From Naegleria gruberi (Eukaryota), in NCBI GenBank assembly GCA_000004985.1, contig GG738881.1: 64,000 nt of DNA. One strand, written 5' to 3'. This document shows positions 11,701 to 24,170 of this stretch, piece after piece. The notes under the pieces were generated by a model, which worked only from the letters and a program-made list of their open reading frames with translations, was not told the DNA's origin and searched no databases. Position numbers and translations under genes: made by a program. How positions within the stretch are numbered: position 1 is the stretch's first letter; each line of letters starts with the position of its first letter.

Positions 11701-14640
11701 ATGTCCTATTATTTGAATCAATTGGAAGGTTCCGATGATGATGAATATTATAGTGAAGAAGAAGAAGAAGAATTTGATGATGATGATGAAATAATTCATG
11801 ATCAAGAGGAAGAAGTCGATGAAGAGGAAGATAGTGAGGAAAGAGCTGCTGCTATCGAACAACAAAAGGCTTCACTTTCTATTCAAACACTTTCCAATAA
11901 GAAACAACAAAACAAACAAAAGAACAAGATTGCGAAGACAAACACTTCCAAAAAGAAAGATCAACAACAGGAAAGCGTTGTCATGTCCATGACCGAAGAA
12001 GAATTGGAATATTATCAAAATTTAAAGTTGTACGGAATTTCTGGACCTAAAAACATGAATAAGAAGGAAAATCAAGTGATTGAAGAAATCAAATTTAAAT
12101 TGGATGTTCTCCAATCATCGAAAATGTTCTTTGAAAGTGTAAGACCAACCTCTCTGACAATCATTTCCGGAAATCCAAAATATGAAGAACAAAAACGTTA
12201 CATTATGGCTCATCAATATGAGGCTAGAAAAGGAAAACACTATAACAATGATGATGCCATGATTGAAGGAGAAGTAGTTGCTCCTAAATTCTTATTCCAA
12301 GATGTTAGTTCTTCAAAGATTGGTGAATATGTTAGAAATTTGATGAATAGAGTAGATCACTTATCTACACTTTCTCACGACGAAAGATCATTGTTTATTT
12401 ATGGTGGAAGAACAGGCACCTTGCTTCACGATGATTTGATTCGTTATGATTTTATGACTGGTAAAATGGTTGTTTTCAAGAATTTGGGATTTGTCAGTCA
12501 TTGTGATGGTACTAGAGTACAAGTACCATGCCCTTCTATTTCTAATAGTGAAATGGTTTCATGTGGAGGTAGAGTTTATATTTTTGGAGCTACTTATGGT
12601 TTTCCAAATAGTTTAGATTCGGTTCTTACCAGAGCCCATTTTGGATATTTTTGGGGTAATAGACCTAATACTGCATGGACCAATAATGAATTGGTTATTT
12701 TGTGTATGGATGGAGTGATTGGATTCAATAGTGGTCTTTTGGGTGTTGATATACCACGTGTTAATACTACAGCTCTTACTGAAAGATCACATCCTGTAAG
12801 AAGTGCAACTTCTGATATTCCTCCAGCTCGTTCTCACTTCTCTATGGTCAAGATGGTAAAGGGCTCAAATCTAGTTGAAGCAATTATCTTTGGTGGTAAG
12901 AAGAATACTGTCTTGGATGACATGTACACTTTCACCTTCTCTGATAGGGGACAAACCTATGAAGTCAAACAAATCAAAAAACCACCACCATCCAAAAAGG
13001 ATGGTCTTGTTACTTGGCCATGTGCAAGATATGGCCACACTGCTTGTCTCGTGAGTAATTTAATGTTCGTCTATGGTGGATGCAATGTCAAAGGAAAATT
13101 ATTGAACGATTTGTACATGTTTGATATTTCAACTCAAAAGTGGACTGAAATTATTTGTGATTCAATGTTACCTCCTCCACTCTTCAAATCTCAATCCTTC
13201 GCTGTAAACAACCAGTCCATTTACATTTATGGAGGTCAATCTACTCAAGAAAACAGCAATATTCCTCCTACCATTTCTTCCAGTTTATTTAGATTTGATA
13301 TTACTGACAAGAAGTGGAATATTATTGAAATTATCACGGAAGAAGCAGATGATATTCAAAATAATAAGGCTGTTCCATGTGTTGGACATCAAACTCAAAT
13401 TGTTCATGGAAAATTGTTGCGTATTGGTGGATTGGCAAATAATGTTGGTGATCCATTTGTAAAGCTTTTAAATTTGAACGACCCTGGTAGACCAATTCCA
13501 CTCTGTTCCTATCTCTCAAGTAAGAGAGCAGATGGATTTTTGTGTGATGTTGTTTTCAGAGTCCGTGACGTTCTTGGTCAAGAAATTGACTCACTCAGTT
13601 ATGTTCTTGCACATAAGGCCATCCTAAAGGCCAGATGTTCCTCTCTCCACAAGATGATTCTTGCCAGTACTGAAACTATGAGTACTACAAAGCTCTCCGG
13701 AACATTTAATGATGAAATGAGTGAAATTACTCTTGTAGATATTGAACAAGTTGACACTGCAGTTTTTGAGCAATATCTCAACTTCCTCTACAGTGGTAGT
13801 TTGGATTTAAAGTCTCTCAATGAGGTTAATTCATTCCTTGAATTTGCCAAGACAATATCACCAGATAATCATTATCCAGCTATTGTAAAGATTTGTACCG
13901 CGGAAGAACAAAAGGATTTGGAAGTTACCAAGCTTGTTCTATCTCAAATTCACAAAGATTTCTCCACTCTCATCAATGATCATTCATACAGCGATTTGAT
14001 TGTTGTTTTGGATCAAGGTGATGCTGTAGCTCAACATGTCGGAGGACCAACAGAGGAAATTTTCGAAGAGGAACCATTTGAAATTCCAGAAACTAGCTTT
14101 GAAACTAATGATGCTACTGCTGAATTAGAACACGAAATCATGTCACCATTGACTAGAAATACTGTTCCAACAGGTGGTATTGCAGTTCACAGATTAATCA
14201 TGTCAAGATCTCCATTCTTCTCAAGAATGTTTGTTACTTCTGGTATGATGGAATCAAAGGAAAGAGTTGTTCACTTGACCGATTATTCCACTGAAGTTAT
14301 GCTTGAAGTCTTGAGCTATTTGTACACTGATACTATTAGACTTTCACCAAGAAATTGTCTTGGTATTTTAGTTTATTGTATCATGTTGGATTTGGTTGAT
14401 ATGGCTAGTGTTTGTAGAAGAATGGTCGTTTCACTTTTGGAAGATTCTATTGTTTGGTCTGTTATTGACATTGCCATGCTCTATAATGACAAGACTTTGG
14501 AATCTGAATGTGAACATTACATTTTAAATAATTTCGAAAAGCTTCGTGGTGCTGCTGGTTTCTTGAATTTACCAGAACTGACCAGAATTAAGATTAAACA
14601 ATTATATGAAAAGAAAGCTGAAAAGAAATCTAAGAAATAA
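11701..14640 (+). CDS. LZTR1: LZTR1-like protein: acidic N-terminus, about 6 Kelch repeats, then two BTB/BACK domains (979 aa), single exon
   Basis: Kelch blades (FIYGGRTG, YIFGATYG, IIFGGKKN, VYGGCN, IYIYGGQS). Two BTB cores (LCDVVFRVRDVLGQEIDSLSYVLAHKAIL ... and YSDLIVVLDQGD...AVHRLIMSRSPFFSRMF). This is the architecture diagnostic for LZTR1. TAA stop. Confidence 0.75.
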   Translation: MSYYLNQLEGSDDDEYYSEEEEEEFDDDDEIIHDQEEEVDEEEDSEERAAAIEQQKASLSIQTLSNKKQQNKQKNKIAKTNTSKKKDQQQESVVMSMTEEELEYYQNLKLYGISGPKNMNKKENQVIEEIKFKLDVLQSSKMFFESVRPTSLTIISGNPKYEEQKRYIMAHQYEARKGKHYNNDDAMIEGEVVAPKFLFQDVSSSKIGEYVRNLMNRVDHLSTLSHDERSLFIYGGRTGTLLHDDLIRYDFMTGKMVVFKNLGFVSHCDGTRVQVPCPSISNSEMVSCGGRVYIFGATYGFPNSLDSVLTRAHFGYFWGNRPNTAWTNNELVILCMDGVIGFNSGLLGVDIPRVNTTALTERSHPVRSATSDIPPARSHFSMVKMVKGSNLVEAIIFGGKKNTVLDDMYTFTFSDRGQTYEVKQIKKPPPSKKDGLVTWPCARYGHTACLVSNLMFVYGGCNVKGKLLNDLYMFDISTQKWTEIICDSMLPPPLFKSQSFAVNNQSIYIYGGQSTQENSNIPPTISSSLFRFDITDKKWNIIEIITEEADDIQNNKAVPCVGHQTQIVHGKLLRIGGLANNVGDPFVKLLNLNDPGRPIPLCSYLSSKRADGFLCDVVFRVRDVLGQEIDSLSYVLAHKAILKARCSSLHKMILASTETMSTTKLSGTFNDEMSEITLVDIEQVDTAVFEQYLNFLYSGSLDLKSLNEVNSFLEFAKTISPDNHYPAIVKICTAEEQKDLEVTKLVLSQIHKDFSTLINDHSYSDLIVVLDQGDAVAQHVGGPTEEIFEEEPFEIPETSFETNDATAELEHEIMSPLTRNTVPTGGIAVHRLIMSRSPFFSRMFVTSGMMESKERVVHLTDYSTEVMLEVLSYLYTDTIRLSPRNCLGILVYCIMLDLVDMASVCRRMVVSLLEDSIVWSVIDIAMLYNDKTLESECEHYILNNFEKLRGAAGFLNLPELTRIKIKQLYEKKAEKKSKK

Positions 14641-14685
14641 TCTAAGAAAAATTAAAAAAGTATTTATTTAACAAAGTGAGGTTTT

Positions 14686-15282
14686 TTATGAAACTTGTTG
14701 TGTTTGGCGAGGGAATAATGAACGAGGAGATGCAGGTATAGAATTATCTAATAGAGCTTGTGGTCTCATCATGATTGGAGTTGTATTTCTTCTTGGTCTT
14801 TCTCTTAGAACAACCTTATTCGAAATGGTTTCCATAACATCGAGACTTTGAACATTTTTCGAAACTGTTGGTTGATTTGTTTCAACTTGTTGAGGTGAAT
14901 AATTCTCCTTATCTTCCGATTGATTCAAAAATTGCTCCTTTCTCGATTGCATTCTATTAGAAAAATGATTTTTTCTATTAGTTACTGGAACTTTGACTTT
15001 TGCCAGTTCTTTCCTTAATTCTTCTTGTTTAATTCGTTCTTCTTCTTTTTTCTTTTGGAGAGCTTGTTCAATTTGTCGTTGCTCAGCAAGTTTTCTCTCT
15101 TCTACTTCTTCCTTTGCCCTGACAATGTCAGCAATCATTTCTCTATAAGAAGGATGACTAAACACATTCTCTGTTGTTGTCTTTCGGTAATTTTCTCTGG
15201 TTTCGAAATTAATTTGAATACTGGAAGTGACAGTTTGAGAATCGAGAGTCCTCATACTAGCTCTACTGATAAGGGATTTCAT
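14686..15282 (-). CDS. Hypothetical coiled-coil/K-E-rich protein (198 aa)
   Basis: ATG at 15282. Convergent with the LZTR1-like gene. TAA stop. Confidence 0.45.
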   Translation of the reverse strand: MKSLISRASMRTLDSQTVTSSIQINFETRENYRKTTTENVFSHPSYREMIADIVRAKEEVEERKLAEQRQIEQALQKKKEEERIKQEELRKELAKVKVPVTNRKNHFSNRMQSRKEQFLNQSEDKENYSPQQVETNQPTVSKNVQSLDVMETISNKVVLRERPRRNTTPIMMRPQALLDNSIPASPRSLFPRQTQQVS

Positions 15283-15965
15283 CTTTATGCTTGCAATAAA
15301 CTATTCGAAACGATTATAATATTTTTTTTGTATTGATTACAGTAATGAATGGAGTGAGGGGGAATTCAAATAGTTCTGTTAGAGATGAAACTTTAACAAA
15401 CATCATCCATTTAAAGAAATCATAATTATTAAATTAATGAAACAATTAACTGTCAAGTTCTGTCAATCCAAATCAAAGTTACAAAAAATACCAACATTAC
15501 TACTATTTTCTTATTTTTTGATTAGATTTGTATTTTAATTTGTCTATTTCTGTATTTTCGAATAAAATTTACAGATTCAAAAAGAATAGTTTGGTTTCCC
15601 TTTGAGCAGATCTATACTAAAATCTGCAAATTTGTTGTATCACATGTTACAGATCTAAATTTTCTGGATCATTTCAACTAAATAACAGATTATCTAATAC
15701 AAAATACAACATTCTTACAATTTTATTCGAAACTGTCAATATCTTTCATAATTCTTAATTAGATAAGAGAAATCTCATTGGAAACTATAATAACATCCCT
15801 CAATCAACTCTGGTCTTTATTTTAAATAATATAAACCTTTCGTCTATCTCTCTTTCGAATCCAATCAACAAAAAATTGTCAAAACATGTTCTCTCTTTCA
15901 TTCAGTCAACCAAATCTACTGACAATCAACACTTGTAATTCATTCTCATCATCCATACATAAAAA

Positions 15966-17240
15966 ATGTCAACTATTCCTCTATTGCAAACTGAACACCT
16001 TTCAAGCTTTCAGTTTCCAATAGCTGTAGAAGAAACTCATGACGATACTTATCTTCACTCATCAGACCATCTCCACAACTCCCCTCCAACCCTTATTCAT
16101 TTGCAAAAGAGAAGATATAGTTCAGTGTCAGTAACTGGTCAATCGGACATTTCAGAAGACGAAACCACCCAAGATGATTCGAAACTTTTTAATCCACTTT
16201 CCACTCCACCCAGACGTAAATTTTCAATCCTGAATTCTCCTCAATCTGCCTTTCCTTCCCCAATTTCTCCCATATCAGGTTTAATCTCCTCCCCACTCAG
16301 CCCAAGAATTACGAACATTGTTTCACCGCTGCAAATTGCAATCCAACAATCAATGACCTCAAATACGAGTGCGCGAGATTTGCACGATTTAATGCAAATT
16401 TTGTTGGAACATGAAAAGTTGAAGAAGAGCAATCATGATGAGATTGATTCGTATAGAAATCAGATTGAAAAAACTGAAAAATTATTGAAAGAGCATGTTC
16501 AGGAGAATTCTCAATTGAAAATGACAGTGACAGGTCTTCATAAGGATGTTCAATTTTTGAGATTACAACATGAAAAGTATCAGGTTGATTATCACCATAA
16601 AATATTAGAAATGAAAAACAAGTTAGAAAGGAAAGAACGAGATTTGTCAAAATTATTGACATTATCTCAAAGATTGGAAAGGGACAATATTATTTTACAT
16701 CGAATTCAAGAGTTGTTGTGTGAAAAAATTGATGCACTTGTGAAACAATTGGAAGATAAGGAAGTTGCAGTTTCGTATTTGGAGGAAATTGTGAAAATTA
16801 TGCGAATGTTGGTGGAGGAGAAGAATCGTGAGTCGTATGATAAGGCTGAGCATGTTTATAATTGCCTGAATGATTTGTGTCATAAATTGGCTATTTTGAA
16901 CGGAAAGGAGAAGAATGAACATTCGAATGAAAGAGTTTCGAATATAAAGAAGGATTTTGATGAGGGAATTCATTCACTTAGAGATGAATTAAAGAAGGAA
17001 TTGAATGATTGTGTATCAACTCTGTATGAGAGAGTTCATGGAGATGGACTAGATGCTTTACATTGCGAAAAGAAAGTTAAATTCATTCAGACGAAACTGG
17101 AAGAATTGAAAATTCAATCAGAAGAACAAGAGAGAATTCTCCATCAAGCCAATGAAAGATTAATTTCAGAATTGGGAAAAAAGATGGAAGAAATATCCAG
17201 TTTACAACTTGGATACTCAACAACCAATACAGAAAACTAA
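15966..17240 (+). CDS. Hypothetical coiled-coil protein (424 aa)
   Basis: ATG at 15966. S/P-rich N-terminus, long heptad-rich C-terminal half. TAA stop. Confidence 0.5.
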   Translation: MSTIPLLQTEHLSSFQFPIAVEETHDDTYLHSSDHLHNSPPTLIHLQKRRYSSVSVTGQSDISEDETTQDDSKLFNPLSTPPRRKFSILNSPQSAFPSPISPISGLISSPLSPRITNIVSPLQIAIQQSMTSNTSARDLHDLMQILLEHEKLKKSNHDEIDSYRNQIEKTEKLLKEHVQENSQLKMTVTGLHKDVQFLRLQHEKYQVDYHHKILEMKNKLERKERDLSKLLTLSQRLERDNIILHRIQELLCEKIDALVKQLEDKEVAVSYLEEIVKIMRMLVEEKNRESYDKAEHVYNCLNDLCHKLAILNGKEKNEHSNERVSNIKKDFDEGIHSLRDELKKELNDCVSTLYERVHGDGLDALHCEKKVKFIQTKLEELKIQSEEQERILHQANERLISELGKKMEEISSLQLGYSTTNTEN

Positions 17241-17808
17241 ATCTTTCTTTCCTCCTTATTCGAAAGTTGCCAATCTTCTTCATTTATTCAATAAATATCT
17301 TTTGTCAACCACAGCAGCGTAGAAATGGGCAATTAAATTGTCAATCACATTGAAGGTCCATTCAACTCGATATTGTTTCACTGTCTTGGTCAATTTTACC
17401 ACAAAACTCAAACAAGGAATTTTCAAAAACCTGAAAATCCATGAACCTTATTTCAAAACATGGAAAGTTTATCAATTTTATTCCACAACAATCAAAAATT
17501 CTATTTTTTTGGCGCCCAAACAAAATTTCATAACGGTAAATTTTTATATTGTCCGACAACAGAGATTCTCGCATTGTCGAAAAAACATTTCCTGTCTCTT
17601 CTTTGGTGGAGGGTTCCAATTCGAAAAAAACTCTCTGTTGTTGCTTCTCTCAATTGTTGTTAGAGCAAAAATCACACAATATTCATCATCAAATATTATT
17701 TTACAACAACAACAACAACATTAAATAACAACAATAATAATAATATTAGAGAGGAAACTAGTTTGAACATTAACAACAGCACCTCTTGTTTTTCATCATC
17801 CGAAGAGA

Positions 17809-20800
17809 ATGATGATGACTACAACACCGAATGTTGATATAATGATGGTTGGAAATACACAACAACAACAACAATATTCCACCAATAATCAATCACAGGT
17901 ACATAACTTTATTAACGATCCCAATGATTGGAAATTAAAAGTAGTTTCTGGACAATTTCGTGATGAAGATTTAATTAATAATCAAATTGAGTCAGATGAT
18001 GATGATGGTCTTTATAGTGATCATCAATTAACAATGGATGATGATTCAGATGATGATGCTTTTTTTGGAGGAAGACAACGTAACAGCCAAATTGTCATTA
18101 CTCATGGCAAACATGATTTGGATTCTTCTTCATCAGATGAGGAAGAGGAAGAACATGCCAAATCACCTAAGAAGATGAAATCTTTTAGAATGGGACAAGA
18201 TGAGGAAGAGGAACTTGATACTCCTGCCTTTCAACATGTCAATTCAATTCGTATGAATCATCCCTTCTATCAAAAGTATGGAGATGCTGAGAGTGGAATA
18301 ACAACTGATGCTGCTTCACAACAACCAATTATTCAACAACAATCTATCATTCTATCACCTTCTTCACCTATTGACAGTAAACAACAACAACAATTGAATA
18401 ATAATAATACAAAGAATGATGAACAAGAGAAACAACAAGAATTAACAACAACAACAACAACATCAATTCCAGATTGCTCATCAGACTCATCAGAATCATC
18501 AGGTTTTAATAATGAAGTGGTGTCATCATCACTTAAAGGAAGTGTGGAGCAAACGTCTACATTTGTTCCGACATTGTCCTCTAAACACGATGCAACTATT
18601 CCACAACAGCAACAACAACAATCACTAACACAAAACACAGCAACAGTTCCAACAATAATAACCGAAGTTGTTGAATTTCAACAACCTATCATCACCAACA
18701 ACAACAAACAAACAGAAGAATAACACCACCACTCAATCATCTGATGAGGATCATCACCAATTTGAAATTGTTACCACAACTACCATAGAGGATGCCAATT
18801 CTACAGTACAATACACTACCACCACCGTTCCTTCTTCAACTCCTAATTTATCCAACAACCAAACAATAGCAGCCAATAATCCATACGCTTCTGAGAATGA
18901 CAATAATTATGCACTCCAACAGGCACTCCAGTACAGCACTACTGTTTTTGATGATACCTCAACAGAATATATTGATGATCCTTTTGCAAGGATGGAGTCA
19001 CCTTTTGTTAATAACGGTCCTAAGAGAAGTATTATTGATCCTTCTACAAGAGTACAACCAGCTCAAAAGAAACGTGTTCGTTTTGCAGATAGTGTCACTC
19101 TGTTTCCAATTACTTACATCAATGTAAGTCCGAGAGAGGAAAAGCCAAATAACTTGACTTGGTATCAACAACAACAACAACAACAACCACAACAACAATT
19201 TTCTATTGTCACTACAATTTCTAGTCCAATATCACCAACTCCTTCTTCTTCTTCTACTACTGCCCCAACACCTGGATCAGTAGTACCAAAGAGTAATGGC
19301 ACCACAACAACAGCAACAGTCACAAAAACAACATCAGCAACAAGTAGTAACCCACCAAAGAAGGAAATGAACAATTCTACTCCTCCACAACAGTCAACAA
19401 ACTCAACAAATGCAAAATCTACTGTATCTTCTAATAGTTCTTCAAAAGAAGCAAAAGAAGAGGATACAATTCCAAGTAATCATTTCAATGAGGACAATGA
19501 AAAGGATAATGATGATAATTCTGGAAACCCAAATGATAATTATGAGGATGATGAATTTAGAACCAATGATGGAAAGAGGAGATTTTGGGGTTTGACTGGC
19601 TACCAATATTTGGTATTGTCATCAGCTTGGCTTGGATGGGCATTTGACATTTTTGATGGAGTATTATTCAGTTATGCAGCACCAATTTGCATTCCAAATT
19701 TATTGGGATATCCTGACGATCAAATTACATCAACAGCTGCAAAGGAACAAACAGCTCTCTGGAGTAGTATTTTGAGTACTGTACTATTGTTTGGTTGGGG
19801 ATGTGGTGGAGTTTTTTTCGGCTGGCTGACAGATAAAGTTGGACGATCAAAAACCATGATGATAACAATCATTGTCTATAGTATTGGAACATTTTTAGCT
19901 GCATTTTCGTTCCATATTAGTGTTTTAGTAATACTGAGATTTGTTGCAAGTCTTGGTATTGGAGGAGAGTGGTCTGCAGGTGCAGCCCTCATTTCAGAAA
20001 CTCTTCCTATTGAGAAGAGAGTTATTGGAGGAGTTTTACTCTACACAGCTGCTCCTTTAGGAAGCATGGCATCATTTGCTGTTAATTATCTTATCACAAG
20101 TGTTTTACTTCAAACGACAACTAATCCAATAGTTAATGGCACAATAACAAATTCTACAATGCTCATTACTGATGGACTTATGAGTGGTGATATTAATGCT
20201 CCAGTGGTAACCGGTGGACCTATTCCTCTGTGGTTATCGTGGAGAATTCTTTTTGCTATTGGTGTTATTCCAACCATTGTTGGTATTTTTGTTAGAATTT
20301 GTGTGAAGGAACCTGATGCATGGCTCGAACAAAAGAAGAGAGAAAAGGAAGAAGAGGAAGAGGAAAATAATACATTGGAAAGTAATGAAATTAATGAAAA
20401 CAATGAAACAGAATTACCACAAACACCTCCTCGTAATAGAAATGTTTCTATTGTTTCAGCAAGTCCAGCTGCTTTTCAGAAGAATGAGGATTCCATTTCT
20501 CTCAATACTGAAGATGATTTGAAGGAAATTGATCTAAATGATCAACCTGTAATGCCACCCATTAGAAGCGAGTCAGAATTCTCCAGTACTTCACTTACTC
20601 CTTTAAAGAAAAAGAAGAAGGGATCATCCTATCTTGATCTTTTTGCCAATGCCGATTTGAGAAAGAGAACCATTTCAGCCATTCTCTTTGTTTGTCCTGC
20701 CTTGATTTCATGGTGGTGCATTTCTACGTTTATTCCAATTTTGAGCACTCATCTTGCTTCACCCATTGAGGATGCAACTGAAAGAAAAATCACACAGAAT

Positions 20801-21268
20801 CAATATTCTGTACTAGGAAATATGCTTTTTAATTTTGGAGGTTTAATTGGAACATTGCTTGTCATTCCAATTGCTATGAAATTGGGGAGACTCTGGGTTT
20901 ATAGAATTTACTTCTTCTGTTCTACAATATTCATTATTATTGCTTTTGGAATTCCTGACATGTCACCATATGTTAGATTTTGTTTAATGTTCCCAGTAGG
21001 ACTTTTTGTTTTTGGAGCTTTTGGCAGTTTTACATTCTATTTACCAGAGTTATTCCCATTGGAATTGAGAGGAAGAGGAGCCGGATTTACCTACAATTGT
21101 GGACGTTTTGGTACTGCAGTTTTCCCATTCATTGTTGGTATCATGGTGAGTCAGGGTGTTAATCCTCTCATTGTATTGGCTTGTCTTTCAGTTGCAACAG
21201 CTGCTGGCTTTGTGGTTTCTGTAATTCCAAAGTTTGCAGTTGAAACCAAGAATTTGGTTCTTCACTAA
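17809..21268 (+). CDS. MFS (major facilitator superfamily, SV2/sugar-transporter-like) membrane transporter with a very long Q/N/T/S-rich disordered N-terminal region
   Basis: ORF 18668..21268 carries the 12-TM MFS core (GWAFDIFDGVLFSY...FGWLTDKVGRSKTMM...RFVASLGIGGEWSAGAALISETLP... second half FGAFGSFTFYLPELFPLELRGRGAGFTYNCGRFG). ORF 17809..18723 starts at ATGATGATG, is low-complexity, and overlaps by 56 nt in another frame. See findings. Confidence 0.7.
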
Positions 21269-21288
21269 GTAAAATAATGTAAAATAAT

Positions 21289-21480
21289 TTATTGACAAGA
21301 CGACTTGGCTTGATTGAGCAATTCTTTCATTTCTTCACTCTTGGCAAAAGTTTCCATTGTTTGTCCTTCTATGGTTTCACTGATTGCTTCTGGTTTATAT
21401 TTCAATAACAGTGTGACAATATCGAGATTATTTCTTTTAATGGCAATATGTAGACATGACTGATTTAGAATAATTAACAA
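21289..21480 (-). CDS. Possible ankyrin-repeat-containing exon or small ORF
   Basis: LHIAIKRNNLDIVTLLLKYKPE looks like a single ANK repeat. No further exons resolved. Confidence 0.2.
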   Translation of the reverse strand: MLIILNQSCLHIAIKRNNLDIVTLLLKYKPEAISETIEGQTMETFAKSEEMKELLNQAKSSCQ

Positions 21481-21918
21481 TATTTAAATTTAGTATTATT
21501 AAACCTACAAACTATTTCAAAATTTGATATTTATCGAATAGTTTAATTGTAAATAGGTTGAATATCCACTTACTTTCTAAATCAGGATTTTAATATTATT
21601 TAAAATAAAAAATGCTTACAGCCTATCACAATTAATATTTACTCATCCAAAATACTCACAAACTATTCCTATTAATATCATCACACTTTCCATTCACTTA
21701 CTTTCTTCCGATATTAATTAATTAAAACAACTTTATCAAATCCTTACATGCTTCCGTATCCATTGGTCAATCCACAACAAGAATCCAAAAAACCTACATC
21801 AAAACTAATTTCCACTCCCTCCTCAATTCCTTCCTTCACCAATTCCAATTTATTGCTCTTGCAAGCATTCCACAATTCGATTGGTTGCATTTTGTTTTTT
21901 TTTGATTTTTAAAAAAAA

Positions 21919-23971
21919 ATGGAAAATGTAAAAACGGAACAAGAACCTTCTGAAAATTGTCATCATGATGATGCTGGTAATAACAATTCATCATCATCCA
22001 AGGCTGGTTCATTCTTATTTGAACATTTATTGCCAAGAGAGGAAGAAATTAAAAAGTGGATTTTAAATTGTTGTTGGGAAAATTCGGAAGGAGCATCATC
22101 TTGGTCGGAAGAAGCAAATAATGATGTTTCGAGTTTATCTACTAGTATGAAACATGTTAGAAAAATTATTAGATTATTATTGGATTTTTTGAATGAATTT
22201 TCCTTCTTGTTTAAATTTATCAACTCACAAAATGGTGATGCCTATGATGGACTCGAGAATTATGAGAAATTCAAGGAAGAACAACACTTGTTGTACTTTA
22301 TTTGGAAGGATCATTATGGAAATTGTTTGCCTGTGGAGTGGCAAGACTATTTTCAAACATGTAGTGATGAATTATTGATAGAAATGATGAATTATACGCA
22401 ATCTGAGGATGAATTGTTTATTAAACAATTTGAGGAGGGTACAATTTTTGGAAAGGATGGAATGCCAAATTCTGTGAAGAGATTCCTGATGGGTTGCAGA
22501 GTGCTGAGATTTCACAAGCACGTAATTGAAAATCCCAAAGATATCATTTCTTACCTGTCCTCTCCAAAGTTTGATTTGAGTTGTGAGAGTGGTGAAATTG
22601 CCAACTCGAACGAACTTACTAGAAATATGTCGCCAAAGAAGATTCACGAAATTGAGAGATTGGCAGAATTTATTAGCTACTTTTCCTATTCTTCAGATGA
22701 TCAACAATTAGAAGATGTTGAAAGTGTCATTCCAACAATTCTTGGTAGGTTTTAATAGTTTTAATACTTATGAAATTATAGATCTCGGCTCTGGAAAGGG
22801 TTATCTTTCACATGTTCTCTTCACCAAGTATGGATTAAATGTTGTTGCAGTTGACCACAATGAACAACTCGTCCAAAAAATTCAAGCTAAGGCTCAAAAA
22901 GATGTACAGAAAAAGAAGAAACAACAAAAGAATCAACTCAAAGCCATTGCCTCTCATTTAGAATGCAACAGAGAACAATTGTGTAAGATGGTTAATCAAA
23001 TGTTGGAAACAACAAAATCGATCAGAGAGGATGTTATTGGAAATAATTGTATTGTAGGTCTACATACTTGTGGTGATTTGTCTTGCATTCTAATGGACAT
23101 GTACGTCAATGATGTGAGACATACCCAAAGTTCTCTATTGAAATCACTAGTTAATGTTGGATGCTGTTATCACAAGCTCACTGAAAAGTATCACAAACAA
23201 CATGTAAATACTAGCTCTACTAACAACAGCAGTGAAAAGATTGACCAAGCATCAAACTCTGAGGCATTGAAATTTAGTGGTTTTCCACTTTCTCCCTACA
23301 CGAATGATTATGTTGTGAATAATCTGGCCAATGGTTTTCAATTCACTAGATCTGGACTCATTCTAGGATGTACAGAGAATACCATTTGGAAAGATTCCTT
23401 GAGCGTCTCAAACAATTCAACAACAATAGAAATCATTCCAGTACATGACTATTGGAAGAGAAATGCATTCAGATGTGCTATGGAATATTTCCTGCATGAA
23501 TTTGTGGAAAAGAACGAGGAAGGTATTGAACATCCAGTTGTCTACAGTTTTGGAAGTATTGCAGAACAAAATCTATCGAGCACAAGTTCTTCAACTCAAT
23601 CTTCATGTCCAGATTTTGTCAAGTATGCCCTAGCTGTCTTGCAACGATTGTCCAAAACAAGTGTACTCTCCAAGAAATTTCATAGAGAGGATATTGTAGA
23701 AATGGCCATCCAAGATGAGTATTCTCCTGAGCTTGTGCAGGAAATTGGTCAATTTTACATTCAATCTTGTGGAGCTCAACCTGAAACTGCAAGAATCAAG
23801 AAAGTTGATATCTTTTGGACTTTAAGAGCCATTATTGGTCCAGTCATTGAAAGTCTAATCCTCCTCGATCGATACCTCTTCCTTTTAGAAAACAACACTC
23901 ACGCTGATATTGTCCAGCTATTTGATGAGGACATTTCACCTCGTGCCTTTGCACTCTTTGCCCACAAGTAA
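21919..23971 (+). CDS. METTL25-like (Methyltransf_32) SAM-dependent methyltransferase, two exons joined by a 37-nt intron
   Basis: ORFs 21919..22755 and 22715..23971 overlap in different frames. Removing the intron gtaggttttaatag...gaaattatag (about 22744-22780, 37 nt, 1 mod 3) joins ...VIPTIL to DLGSGKGYLSHVL, a SAM-binding motif I. ATG at 21919, TAA stop. Confidence 0.65.
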
Positions 23972-24170
23972 ACTGTGCTTCCCATATCAACCCTATCAAT
24001 CAAACCCTACAACTCCCTGACCTATTCATTCCATATACTATTAATTTCCATTCCAACAACACAACATCAAAACACAACAATTGCCATCAATTCTTACATT
24101 TTTCCTGAACAGAACTCTCTCAAATGAACTTGAATTTACTAGAAAAAACACCTCGCAAGAACAAACGACG

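Noticed and set aside
18333-19374. Minus-strand ORFs (18333..18638, 18998..19198, 19165..19374) rich in C/V/L opposite the MFS gene
   Set aside because: They are antisense translations of (caa)n/(aca)n low-complexity tracts of the plus-strand gene. They have no start-context or domain support.
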